The position numbers were made by a program, and so were the translations under genes. Below, one piece after another: positions 49,461 through 62,100 of a DNA stretch of 64,000 nt. This DNA is from Marsupella aquatica. Lineage: Eukaryota; Plantae; Marchantiophyta. Under the pieces are notes generated by a model that was given only the letters and a program-made list of their open reading frames with translations, did no database searches and had not been told where the DNA came from. Location: positions 10,652,184-10,716,183 of the forward strand of contig OZ316895.1 of NCBI GenBank assembly GCA_973895155.1, written 5' to 3'. How positions within the stretch are numbered: position 1 is the first letter of the stretch; each line of letters opens with the position of its first letter.

Positions 49461-50640
49461 TGTCACTGAGAACCAGTGTATAACATACAATCGACACCTA
49501 CATAAAGATACATGGTTCACCCCGTATGGGTTACATCTACATGTTACAATACACATTTACTCTTAGTCTAGGGTTACACTATAACCGTAGTTAGGGCTTA
49601 TCTAGGTAGCAGACTAGGTTACGTCCCGGTCTCGGTCCCGATTAGGTTGACTAGGTTGCACCCACTATATCCCAAACAATGTTTACTTGAATAGTAGTAA
49701 CTCAGACTCATTCTTAGCTAGTTGGGAGATAGAGAGATCTTGTATTGTGGAGACTCGGTATGATTGACGGGCCTAGAGTGCAGTAAAGCTCTCGTGTGTT
49801 CTTGTGGACGTAGCCTCAAGTTGGGGTGATTGAACCACGTATCTCTCTGTGTCAACTACTTGTGCGTTGGCTGGTTCATGGGCTTGCCGTTGTGATTGTC
49901 GTCTATGCTCAACACTAGAGTAGAGAGAAACTTGCAAGCTGCTCTATGGACATTCCTCTCCTCTCTCTCTCTCTCTAGTCTCCAACTCCTGAATACTGAT
50001 CTCTCGTATGAGCACAATGAAATGTTCCTCCAGGGTTATACCCCCTCTTCACTAGTCTAACCTCAGCAACCCTGAATGAGGGTTAAGTTGTGCTCTAGTT
50101 AACCTAACCAGGCGCTAGCGAGAGCTAGTTAAATACCCACAAATTCCCCCTTAACTCTAGTCTTGAGTTAACTCCTTAGCAAGCTACTCTTCTACTATCC
50201 ATATGTATCTAAACAAGCTAATTAGATTAAGCCTTAGTTAACAATATATCTGTCAGATAGAGCATACATATATAGAAATTAACTAACTAACTAGCCCTTC
50301 TCCACAAAACCTTGCGGCATCACCATGAAATTAGTTCATGATCATATAGTCTAGACAGGAACATCGTGACTATATCCACATGTTCTATGCAAAAACCCAA
50401 ACAAGACAAGTGCCATAGCCAAGCACAAAAGTAGTTCACACCCTTCCTCTTCTCAACTTGTTCAAAAGCACCATCCTACTTCAAGAACACCCACTTGCTA
50501 TCAATGACTGTCTTGTTTTCCTTCTTGTTTCTCTGCAATGACTGCACCTCTATTTGCATGGCAACACCCCACTCTACCTTCCCCTATGAAGACCAACATC
50601 TTCTATCAGCAAAGTAGCTCCATAATCATTACTATTGAGT
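49461..50640 (-). mobile_element. Truncated copia relic (RT fragment + PPT + 3' LTR) on the minus strand, interrupted by a solo LTR
   Basis: Minus strand ~50575-50290 encodes EWGVAMQIEVQSLQRN..VIDSKWVF*, GVNY, IEHVDIVTMFL and MPQGFVEKG (degenerate copia RT motifs). PPT reverse complement AATTCCCCCTT at 50142-50152. LTR-like segment 49461-50141 shares the GGTGAACCA(C/T)GTATCT block. Left boundary is approximate and right boundary uncertain. Confidence 0.75.
49542..49914 (+). mobile_element. Solo LTR related to the 9871 copia family
   Basis: TGTTA...TCAACA termini. 3' half matches the copia LTR (GGCCTAGAGTGCAGTAAAGCT...GGACGTAGCCTCA...GTCGTCTATG). Flanks CTACA / CTAGA (4/5 TSD). No PBS or PPT. 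Confidence 0.88.
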
Positions 50641-51760
50641 CTCTCAAAGGCTCGGGGGTCTCACTATATGGATGCCTCCCCATCACCTACGACGTTTTTA
50701 GGTTGCGGACCCCCTAAAATGTAAGATTAAATTTTTTTTTCCAACCCCTATAAAGTTTGGAATAAATTTTGGTTATAAGTACCCTAATGTTCTTATAAGT
50801 CTCAAAATTTGATTTAAAAAACCCTATACTTCGTTGCACGTGATGTGCCATTTTTGTGGAAGTGAAACTCCCAAGCTCAAAAGGGTACCACATACCATAT
50901 TTGTTTGGACTTCTTGATTGTCATGAAGACAAGCTCCCGGACAAGCTCCTAGATGATTCTCCTCCACCAAAATCAACTGTTGATCTTGGTACCGCTAATA
51001 CTATCGGCGTTGATGCTGGTACATGAGCATACACGTACATGCTCTTGCTTCCCCTCAATCCTGTCAACGCTCCTGTTCAATGATGGACCCCCATTTAAAG
51101 AAACAATCCTGTTGACCGCTTGCTGACAATCAACTTTACTGCCACTGGGTCCCATTAACCCCCTTTGGGTAGCCGAATCAAACTACCCATATGTATTTCC
51201 ATAGGAAATTCTAGAAGGCAACCCCTTCTTTAGCTAGAGCTAACTAGAATTAAGTCATAATGGGCAGACTATCAAATGGAGGATACATACAACTCAAAAC
51301 TTACATGATGCTGTTTACCAAGGACATGGTGGTCCCCTTCCAATGAAACACTGATAACATCACCAAGAAAAGTTGTACATGCTATAACATCACCAAGAAA
51401 AGTTGTACATGCTTTGAGTTGTGTCCCCCAGAATATACAAAATTTCTCACTACTTTCCTTAAGTTTCATCATCGCCAAAAAGTTGAGAAACTCTCAATAC
51501 TCCATTAGCTATTCTCTAAACAGCCATATGTGTCTAACTTAACACTCTGTAAAAAAATGGAATTGTAAGGTGCCAATACCAATGACTTAACAAGGTTGAT
51601 CACTACCTATCACTGAAGATATTGGCTCACACTAGCTCATAAGAACACTAACCCATCTGGATGGACACAAAAGAAAGAAACCGCTAGGGGCATTTTGTTG
51701 ATTGTAAGAGCATTTGGGCCAATTAAAATGTGTCACATGCACATCATCACTTGATGTCTC

Positions 51761-52105
51761 TGTTGAGCATAGACGACAATTGCAACAGCAAACCCATGAA
51801 CCATCCAATGCACAAGAGTCGACACAGAGAGATACGTGATTCACCTCCACATGAGGCTACGTCCACGGGAACACACAAAAGCTTTACTGCACTCTAGGCC
51901 GACCGGCCATACCAAGCATCCACAGCGCAAACTCTCTCTATCTCTCAACTAGCTCCGTAACAATGAGCCTGAGTTCCCACTCTCCAAGCAAACACCGCTT
52001 GGTTATAGAGTGTGCACAACATGACTAATCTAACCAAGTCTGCGACTAAGGTTAGCCTTTACTACGGTATAATCGGAACTCTAGACCTAAGAGTAAATCC
52101 TAACA
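51761..52105 (-). mobile_element. Solo LTR (345 bp) related to the 9871 copia family
   Basis: Reverse complement begins TGTTAG and ends TCAACA. The last ~215 bp closely match the copia LTRs. Flanks GTCTC / ATTTC look like a degraded TSD. Confidence 0.88.
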
Positions 52106-52305
52106 ATTTCATATTAATGTGACTATACGGTTTTGAGGCATTTATTAGTCATAATTTTCTGGAATGTGCAAAAAAGGTACACTCACAGCATGTGTCATAA
52201 GGTAGGACCATCTATAATTGTCTGTACCAAAACATTTTTAGCCTATTTGTGGCAGGCATGCCCTTAACGTTGGCCAATTGGCTTACAATGGTGGACCATT
52301 ATGCG

Positions 52306-52326
52306 TATATATATATATATATATAT
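52306..52326. repeat. (TA)n microsatellite
   Basis: Run of about 10 TA units. Confidence 0.9.
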
Positions 52327-53022
52327 GGTCTCCTGTATGCCTCCCCGCATACACGGGTTGACATATGATCGACCTTTTTACACAGTGATGGTCCATCACA
52401 GGACCATTACCCTATACATTAAGTAGAACCTGATATTTAAATCCTGATTCAACTCACAGCTGTGCTATCCTGACTATTATGACTGTCACTATTCATTTTG
52501 CAATATTGGGCCTCCTAGCTTATTGTCTATGTGAAGTAGTGACTCTAAGTGAGGGCATAACTCATAGACTCACCTAGCTTCAGTTGAGGGCATAATTGAA
52601 ACTGAGTGAAGACAAAAAAACAAAGAGGGGAAAATTTGAAAACTAAATTTAATGAAAACAGTTTTTGCAAGGGGTTGTTTTCTCTCCTCATATTTAGGGA
52701 AGTGTTATCATCTCTCCTCCTATTTAGGGAAGTGTTATCAGCAGCGTTGTTTTTAGTGGCAAACATTCATTAGATTCTACCTCTTAGATTTTTTTCTTGC
52801 CATTTTTGGCAAAAATTGGTGTGTCCACCATTTGCAAGTTTCCCACCTGGGCACAGGCCCCATTAGCTAGAATCTAACTATCCCCTTAAATCCCTACAGT
52901 GGATCTAAGGGTCAGACAATAATTTAGGAACATCAATCATAGCATAGTATCCCCCGTAGCATAATATCCCCGTAGCATCCTAGCATCTTCTCATAGCACA
53001 GGCTGACATTTGCCACTGGTTA

Positions 53023-53296
53023 CAATGGGAGAACTTTAAACCACACCTGCCCATATAAAAGCCCTAGGCATTCCCTCCCTCAATGGGAGAACTTTAAACC
53101 ACACCTGCCCATATAAAAGCCCTAGGCATTCCCTCCCTCACCACTCTTGATTCCTGTGCTCTGAAGAGTGTCTCACCATAAAAGGTAAGTGTAGCACTTG
53201 CCAATAAAAGGGCCCATTGTTAAACTTGTGCACTTTATAAAAGGTAAGTGCAGCACTTGCCAATAAAAGTGCCCATTGTTAAACTTGTGCAATTTA
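53023..53296. repeat. Two adjacent tandem duplications (58 bp x2; ~59 bp x2)
   Basis: CAATGGGAGAACTTTAAACC...CCCTCCCT twice, identical (53023-53138). ATAAAAGGTAAGTG...AAACTTGTGCA twice (53178-53296). Confidence 0.9.
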
Positions 53297-56170
53297 TAAT
53301 GCATATAATCACTAACCCAAATAACCGGTCCTCTTTATAGGTGCAGTTGTGGCTTAACAGAGTACACTATGAGGCTTGTAGTTATAGGCCCTCAAGAATT
53401 TGATGGATGAATCCATCAACACTAATCTTACTTATAAAACGCCAACTATAAGCTACAGTTTTTTCCCAGGCTTCTAGAATAAAGATTCTAGACCATATAT
53501 CCATGGCTCATCAATCATGTGGATGACTCGTTATCAAATAATAATCATGCATACTTTTTTTTATCATGATTTCTATTTGCAATTAAAAATGTGTTTTATT
53601 TCACCACCAAAAAGAGTATAGTTACTACTAATTATTAAAATAATGACATCATGATATATATTTTTCAATTCCAATAATGTGAATAAAAATATATTGTGAT
53701 GATATTTTTATTGTACTCCCTCTCTCTATTCACTCCCCTCTATTGAGGTTATTCTCTATTAACTCCCCTCTATTCTATTCACCTTCAAAGAACGGGTACT
53801 AGGGGCTAGTTTAATTTAAACTACGAGCTCAGATTTACGGATGCCAAGGTGAGTGAATTTTCTCGAGGGATGTATGCGACACTGGAAGCGTCGACAAATT
53901 ACCATAGAAAACAGGTTACGGATCGATGATCGTTTCAGAACGGCAATTGAGGATGGCAGTATTCTCGACTTTCCTTGTTGAAGAATTTCCTCCCGAGTGA
54001 TCTGTATCCGTGACGAGCTCGACTGCGTCACAATCCGGTAGAAGGTACCTGAACGAAGGAATTGCACTTGAGAGCTCAGCACAATCATCATGTTGAAGGA
54101 AACAGGTACCTGTTTCCAATGTGCTGAAGGACCTTCGCACAAGTGCGTTTGGATCGATATCTTAGGACGTGATGAACGTACACACGTTCAATGTTTGACC
54201 GCGACCTTAGGTTGTACTGATCGAGTACTGTCATTGACGACCAGGCCGCCATTTTTGAACTGAAGAGTTGATCCCGCTGTTACGATTGACAGGGAAAGGA
54301 TCGTTGCTGCGCCTCGTACTTTTTTCTGAGAGTGAAACGAGACTTGGCGAATCCATGCAACCGAAGCCCGGTTCTACGGTTCTACCGATATTTCCGGCTC
54401 GGTGTGGAATCACGGCTGCTGCATTCATGAGCGATCTGCCTCTTGTCAGCAGTCAATTTGGACGTTAAATCATAAGTTCGGTCACCGCAAAATCACATAT
54501 CGAGGCCAAAAATGGAACCGGCTGCCAACATACGGCGTATCAAACTGCACGAGTGAAAGTGGCACTAGATCATCGCTCCGAGCAAGTGTTCAGACGAAAG
54601 CGACGACCACGACGGTACTCCCTTGCGTAGGTCTATCGGACAGTACCGTCTGTAGGGTACCGTTAAGTGTAATGTAGGGATTGAGATGGCCGATCGACCA
54701 CTAGAGGATCATGTTGACGGCTGGATTATTCTCCTGCATCGTTCGGGGCACCTCCAGGCCTGCTGGCTCAACACAAGGAAAAGGTACTTGACGGCCGGGG
54801 TTGTGGCGTTGCCAGTAGCAAAATGGAGTTATCTGCAAGATCGACGCAGGACCGTCTATTTATGCTTGCTTCTATGGCATACAACGCATCTCACCAATCA
54901 CGAAGCCGACCTTTCTTTACTCTTCTCAACTTCAGGGTGGACTGAGCGTCTGCACGCAGAGCAGTTAGTTCTTTCGACTTTTCAAAGTTTGCTAGGTAGC
55001 GTTCTGATTGATAATAGTCTCGGACGAATGCAAGACATCAGTCGTAATTTTCAGATTCAGTTCTATGATCAATTAGCACAACGCAAGACTGCAAGGCACA
55101 GTCAGACTCGATCAATCTGTAGCTGTATGTATATCACACACGGTAGCCGCATGGCTTAGGATGGTGGCTCAAACAATGGAAGTCAGTGCGGTTTTTGTCG
55201 AGCGTATGGCACGAGTCAGCTCTAGTGAAACAGCTCGATTGCGGTAATGGATGACTTCAGATGTCATATTGTTGAATGGCGCGGTCTATGTCAATCATCA
55301 TCCGCCTTTGAGTTCGAGAAATTGACTACTTCGTCCACTGCACCTAATTCGGATGATTTTCATGTCCATGCAGCTAGAAACTGAGAAGCGGCTCGATCTT
55401 CTGAAGTCATCTTCGCGAAACTTACACCACGACGTGTTGAGCTCAGAATTCCGCTGACAATCTGATTTGCAAGATCTGATCGAAGGTAGACCGGTGCACT
55501 GCTACACATTCAGTCGACTCATTGATAATCTACCCTCCGTTTGAATCGTTGTAATCAAAACTAGCAGCTCTGGACGAATTCGCTAATTAATTGAGGCACC
55601 ATTTGAGCTCATCTCTTTCTGTGTCTATAGGAGTCAGCCGTATGAGAGCCTGCAGTGCTAAGAGAGTGCAGGTTCACATTCATTCAAATCACGCTGTACT
55701 TTACTTGAGGAAATACATCAGCACTTGAAATTGCGTGTTTAATAATTATTGATTGTAGCTTTTTGGAAAGTACCCTTTCAGTTGAGACACAATGCCCCCT
55801 TCATCGCGGAGTTGAACTCGAGGAGTCCACTAAGCATGAGATCCGCTGCAAGCATATTGACGCCACAGTTGGTATTGGCAAACTAAGATGAATGTTGTTA
55901 ATTAGCAAAATGATCTCGTAAGTGACACGGGCTGCTCATTAATCACGGGTTCCCGCTCTTCTCTCATCCCCAGGCAAAGTTCCTGCTACTCAGGGTCATA
56001 TATGAACAACAACCAGCTCTCTAGCTAATTCTCTAGGAGGGAGTCGTAGCAATGTCTGATCTTCTTTAAGCGTTATTTTGCACTGGGTGTCGGCAACCGA
56101 TACGAAGTTAACGAAGTTCCGAAATATTCAGACATAATCTCAGACGTTGTTACCTGGCAGCGGAGACAAC

Positions 56171-59100
56171 ATGTCAAATACGAACAGCATATATAGCGAC
56201 AGGCTCAGTCCTTCTACGAGTTCGGAGACAGCAGCTCCAAGCTCTCCATCTCCGCACAAAGGGAAAAGGCCAATCGCTAGTCAATCGGTTGGGGGCCCAC
56301 CCCCTCTCCTGAAAAAATCCAAGTTTGGAAAGGAAGTACAACTGAAATTTCTTCTTCCAAATGAAGCGGAAGTTAAGTTCACGGCAGATTCGGAGAGCAT
56401 CCAATCGGTTGAAGAGGTACTGGATCTGATGAAAAATCAGATTCAGGCAGACCGTCGACTGGAGTCGCCCGGATCTGTGACATCAAGGCCTGTGGAATGG
56501 GGGCCAAATTTAAAGTTGGAGACTACAGTTGGCCAGCTGGGCAAGACCGAGCTCACGGACGAGTCACTCATCGAAATGATGCAGGCTGCCAAAAGGAGCA
56601 GTGTCATCACCTTTTTAGTAAATGATGGGCGCGAGGATTGGTCTTACAGCGATCCGGTGAGATCCTCCTCTACCTTGAACCTGTCTTTAGGGCTTCTGAT
56701 TTGTTCCGATTACTCTGTTCTATATGTTTTGACTTATCATCATGCTGTTTCCAGGTTATGGAAATTTATTCACAATGAATCCAGTCTCCATGAATATGTA
56801 ATTGGTAGTTGCCTGTTCCGAGTGCATTGGCCGGAAAGATATTTTGTTTTGTAGCTCAATTGGACGTGTGATAAATTGTCTGTTGCAATGTTGGGAAGGT
56901 GGATCGAGATCCTCTGAACGAGAGTTCTAATTCCACATATAGTAGGAGCCATTGGACGGGTGCGGTGCATCTCCCTCATTAATTTACTTATGTGATCATA
57001 ATCGATGAGTTCTAACGCCTTCGATCTGCAGGATATGTGGGATGTTACACCGAGACCGGAACTGCTTGGTCGTCATCCACAAGGCTATACTTTGGAGACC
57101 GCGCTTGCAGATCACGTTGTAAGTAGTTTCGTGTGTGACGTTAGGGCTCCTTGCACATTGGAAATTTCAGACTCCGTCTGTCAAAAAGTTTGAGGCTAAT
57201 TTAATCATTCTCCTTTTGATGAGTTGTAGGACAACGCCATACAGGCCGTATTTAATATCGAGCCAGTGAAGGACCGTCTTGTCAGGTACAAAGAAAGTCA
57301 GTTTACAGAGAACACAAATTGGAAGCTGTTCAGGGTTCCGGCGTCTTTCCCTTTGGCGCGAAAGATAGGGATCAAACTTATCTAACACATGCAAGGAAAC
57401 CTTGTGCCTGTTGTAGTGTGAAACTGAGTCCTGACCAGATCACCATATTCGACACCGGTCCAGGGATGGACGCGAATGAAAATGGTGGAAATTGCATTAA
57501 GAACTGGTATGATCCATGCATTGGGGTACGATTGAGTTCAGCTTTCAGTTGACTTGTCCGAGTGTTCTAATTGAATGTATGTGAGTGGCTTCAAAAGTGT
57601 CTCGCAGATGACTATCGGTATTAATCTGTATGCATTTGCCAGGGGTACAATGGGTGCATCCACCCATCGTGCAGTACATCACAAAGCCAAAGGCGGGGAG
57701 CCTCCTTTTCTCAAGGTAAGGTCGTGCTTGAGAATATAGTTGAAGCTTTTAAAAACGTCTAATTTTCTCTGTAAGGTCGATTCCTTAAGAGAAACGATTT
57801 TTGATTGTAAATCTATGTTAACTAGGCTGATTACCCTTTACTTGAACGCAGATAGATTTTGTTGTAAAAAAGGATTCCATGCTGTTTTCTCTCCATCTTT
57901 GCCCCAGCCCTTTTTTTTGTCTGCCCCTCACTTTCAATTCTGCCCTTAGTTAGTCTCACTGTCTACAGACTTCACTTAGGCAATAATAGGCCCATGCAAT
58001 GAATAGCTTTTGATTGCTTAGTTAGATTATTGTTCCACTCCAGAATCCTTTTATATATATATGTGCTCTGATAATCACTTCGGGCTTGTTGGGATTTGAT
58101 GCGTGCTGCAGCCTTGCTTGGGAAAGTACGGTGTTGGAGGCATTTCAGCAGCGTTTTACATCGGAGAGTAAGTGACCCAAGACTAGAAGTGGAAATAAGG
58201 ATGTTGCTAGCACGGACATTGCCCACATGATCAAAGAGTTGAAATCGAAAGGATAATACCTCTTCAGGTCCTTCGTATATAGCTGAGATAGTACTCAATC
58301 ATGAATGATCTGGTATTGCTTGGTTCGAGTTCATAGCAGGAATCTTCTACACAAGTTTTGCAGGTGCGTTGAGGTGTTCTCGACGACTAGAGAGTCAGAC
58401 AAGGTGGTGAGCTTGCGCATTGAGCCCAAAACACTGGTAAAACGCTCTCAGGGCGAGTCGTCTGAAGATTTTCGACAGGAAATCTGGAGAGTGCGTTTCT
58501 GACTCTCTATGCACCATCACTAGCTGTGTCCCTGGCTGATTTTGAACGAACAAGTTACCCCTCATCCTCTAACTGACCCGATTCCTGATCGAAGAATATT
58601 ATTTTATACAGCACAAATTGTATACATGTAGGTTTGAAGGCTCTAACGTTCGGTAACCGAAGCCTTTCGCATATTGAGGAGATGATGTTGTCTATTTCAG
58701 AGCAAATGACATGCATGATTACATACTACCAATAGAACTGAGTATTTGTTCATTTGGATCTTTCAATCGTAAGTAGGTGCCTGGGAGATTTCGAAATATG
58801 ACAAAAGAGGAACGGGCAACGTCTCCTCAAAATAGCTTTACAAAGGCAAGTCCTAGAGTTGGATGAATCTGTAATCCCTTTGTTAACAAATCTTCGCATT
58901 CTGAGATGAAATTTCTTTTACGGAGGGTCGGACGTACGTCTCTTCGACTGCAACCCTCGAACGTTGTTCTGTTTCCAATTTTCGATGATTCTTGGCCGTG
59001 GTTTAATTTTGATCTTGGAAGGCAGTTGACCTTCTACGCTTTTCTGCTTGAGTGGCGAATTAACACTAATTGAAAGACTCGTTGAGAGATGCCGATGCTT

Positions 59101-62100
59101 CAAAGTAGTTTTTGGGTACAAAGTCAATCTGTTTCAATTGGAATTGATTGAACGTAGTTATGTTCTTGCCCCGGAACTAAAACTGTGTCTGGGTGAATGC
59201 AAAGGTCGTGATTACAAAGCTCAAGCAACGCGCTTGGAAAGTTGACAACGTCCGACAGCTTCTGAAGGATATTTATGATCCTTACATTCAGGTAGGAAAA
59301 ACTTACTTACCGTGGTGGTCGAAATGCCTGACTGAAAAGGTTTTGGCTTCGATGTCATGAAAGACGAGTTATGATACTGGACTGAAGTGACCATCGATGG
59401 ACTTATTAGATCTGTGGCTTCCATTGAGAACAATGGAATGAGTCTACACACATGAATGAAAAGCGATTAGGTAGTCATGCGAGTAGACAATAATGCTCCA
59501 TTCTAACAATCCTTGTCTAGGCAATTTTAAAATGAGCAGAGCTTGTCTGAGAAATATTACTGACTGTCCTTCCTGGCAGACTGAACAAGGATTGGCAAAT
59601 ACAACAGTCTTTCCTCTGACGCTTGAGGTGTGAACTCGCCGTAAAATCTTTTGTTTCTCGAACGTTATTATTAGCTGTTTCTACTTCTTCAAAGCAGGTT
59701 TTCGATAATATGTAAAGGAGGCCACATGGTCTGTCTAACTGATGGCTCGTATGCCCATTATCCTAACTTTGGTAACAGCTTTAGGAAAATAATAGCGGGT
59801 CTTACCTTTAGCTCATCCCACATTTCTATCTTGTTAATTCATCAGGTTAATGACAAGAATCTTGTGGAAGTCACAAAATGTGAAACGGCAATTTCAAAAC
59901 TTCATACTTGCAACGGAAGAGCATTTGTCATCAACATTCATTTGAAGACAGCACTCGGTCGTAAGTTATCTTCCCCAGGATTGCTGCTCAAATGTCTGAA
60001 AGGAACCAGAGAAGCAACTACTGTCCATTATAACAAAATGTCTTTCCACTGGTTTTCTCGCAACGTTTAATCTTTAATGAAGAAACGCGACGAATTTATT
60101 TCTCCAGTCAGGTACATATATAGTTTTGTGTCACGTCTATAGCAGAATATGTCTAGAGCGTTACGAGTCAGTTCTCCTGAAATACGTTTTTGCATATCAA
60201 GTTCTTATTCACGGGGAATATCTTACATTGACCAGTAAATAACCCGTGATTTATATCTGTCGATGATGGTAATTCGAATGAAGGAGGCGAGGAAGGCACA
60301 GAAAAGAAGGCTACCACAATTGAAGGAGCAAATGCCCGTATCAGCTGCCAGTATTACCCAAATCTAAAGGCGAGCGTGAACTTCTTTTGCAAGATAAGAT
60401 TTTCAAGATTAAGTTTTGTAGATGACTCTGCATTAACTCGATCATGTTCAATTACTTTCCAGGGTAAGGAGCAACTTGAAGCTGTGGTAGAGGAGCTTCA
60501 TTTACTGAGGCCCAAAGATAGATCCCTGACTTTTGACACTATAAATCGTGTTATCGTCAGATGGCTGGGAAGGTTACTTCCAGACTTAAAATGGGTATGT
60601 TGATCCGTCTCTGGTTCAGATGCAGCACGTTTGTATAATGGGCAGATTTGAAGATAAGTTGATGCCTGGAAAGTACGCACTATCGGTGAAACTGACAAAA
60701 AACTATTTAGTGACGATACGCAGCTCATGTTTTTCAAGTAAAGCTTGTAATAGAAAACAATTCCATTTGTGCAGCCGGTATTTCCCTTCATGGAGCCCCC
60801 TGCCAAGAAGGAGCCGAGAGGACTAAGAAGGTGGGCCAAACGGGTTCGGGCCTATGTTGGTAAGCGAAACCTACTAGGTGCACCTGTTCTTCCGAACAAG
60901 AGAGCACCTGAGAGTATTCTGTTCTCTAAATTTATATATGTTGATTTCTCTATTCTCGAGTGGTCACCTTTGCTATTTGCAAAATATGCCAATAAGCAGT
61001 TAAATAGAATTTGCAAATAGCAGTAATAATAGTGGACAAAATAAATCTGACTATGCTTGCACTACGTCGCAGATACTGATGCAGGCTTTTATCCCGTGCA
61101 AACTAAGGTAGGTACAGTTCTTGGCAATTCAGGTCAGATGATCTGTGAACTTTATAGCAGCGGATGACAGTTTAGCGGTCTTGTATCTGATATGCATGCT
61201 GTTCTTTACCGATGTTACGTTGACTTCATCTGCACAAAGGGGATTGATCTCGTGCAAGATGTATTATAAATTGTGACTATCCTGTTCAAATTCCGTGATT
61301 TTTGTTTTTGCCAAGCGCAGACTGATCTCGACAGAGGGCAGCCTTTTGTTGAAGTTCTAAAGAACATTGGAGGAAGCTTCGATAAAGCATTAGGTGGAGT
61401 GTTCTTCCACCACCCGAAAAGCACTCCCATATACTATTTGCGTCCCTGCGCTGGCTCTGGTTTATATTCTCAAAACATCACAAATTCTGTGAGAAAATGA
61501 AACGATTTTAAAAAATAGATACACACAGAACGATGCAGTCAAAGTCACTGATCGAGACCACATGATGATTCTAAAGTCGTTGCAAATGTTGAGTTGCATT
61601 CTGGAAGCGACTGTTTATGTTTTCGATCGATCGTAGTGCCCTTTATATACACCACGAGCTACTGGAGTTCAGGATCTCAAACTTCCGTAACTTCTTATTT
61701 CATTTGCATCTGTACCTGCTGGCAGAAGTCGAGGTCTGCGTGACATGTGGCGACGATAAGGTTAAGGTTAAACACTCAGAAATAGGGGATTTCTACCTAA
61801 AGTGGCTGACGGAGATGCATAACAATTACGATGAAGAATTCGTAAAAGCTGATGACGATGAAGAGAGTTACATCTTCCGACATTATGGAAACTGCTTCAA
61901 AAGCCTTGGAGTGGGTGATTCACAATGTGAGCTGTCTTTAAAATAGTATTGTCATTTCATTTTCCCTATTCATTGAGATGAGTATTTATGTCAAATGCAT
62001 CTGGAAATTCTGGTCATCTTTCTCCTCGACTGTTTGCCTTTAGATTTCAGGAAAGCTGAACATGGTGTGATGTCTCAGGAAAACGATCGATATGGATCTG

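Noticed and set aside
53816-55159. Several 65-157 aa ORFs between the solo LTR and GMI1-like copy 2
   Set aside because: No recognisable domains or consistent exon chain. They may be promoter or leader sequence of copy 2.
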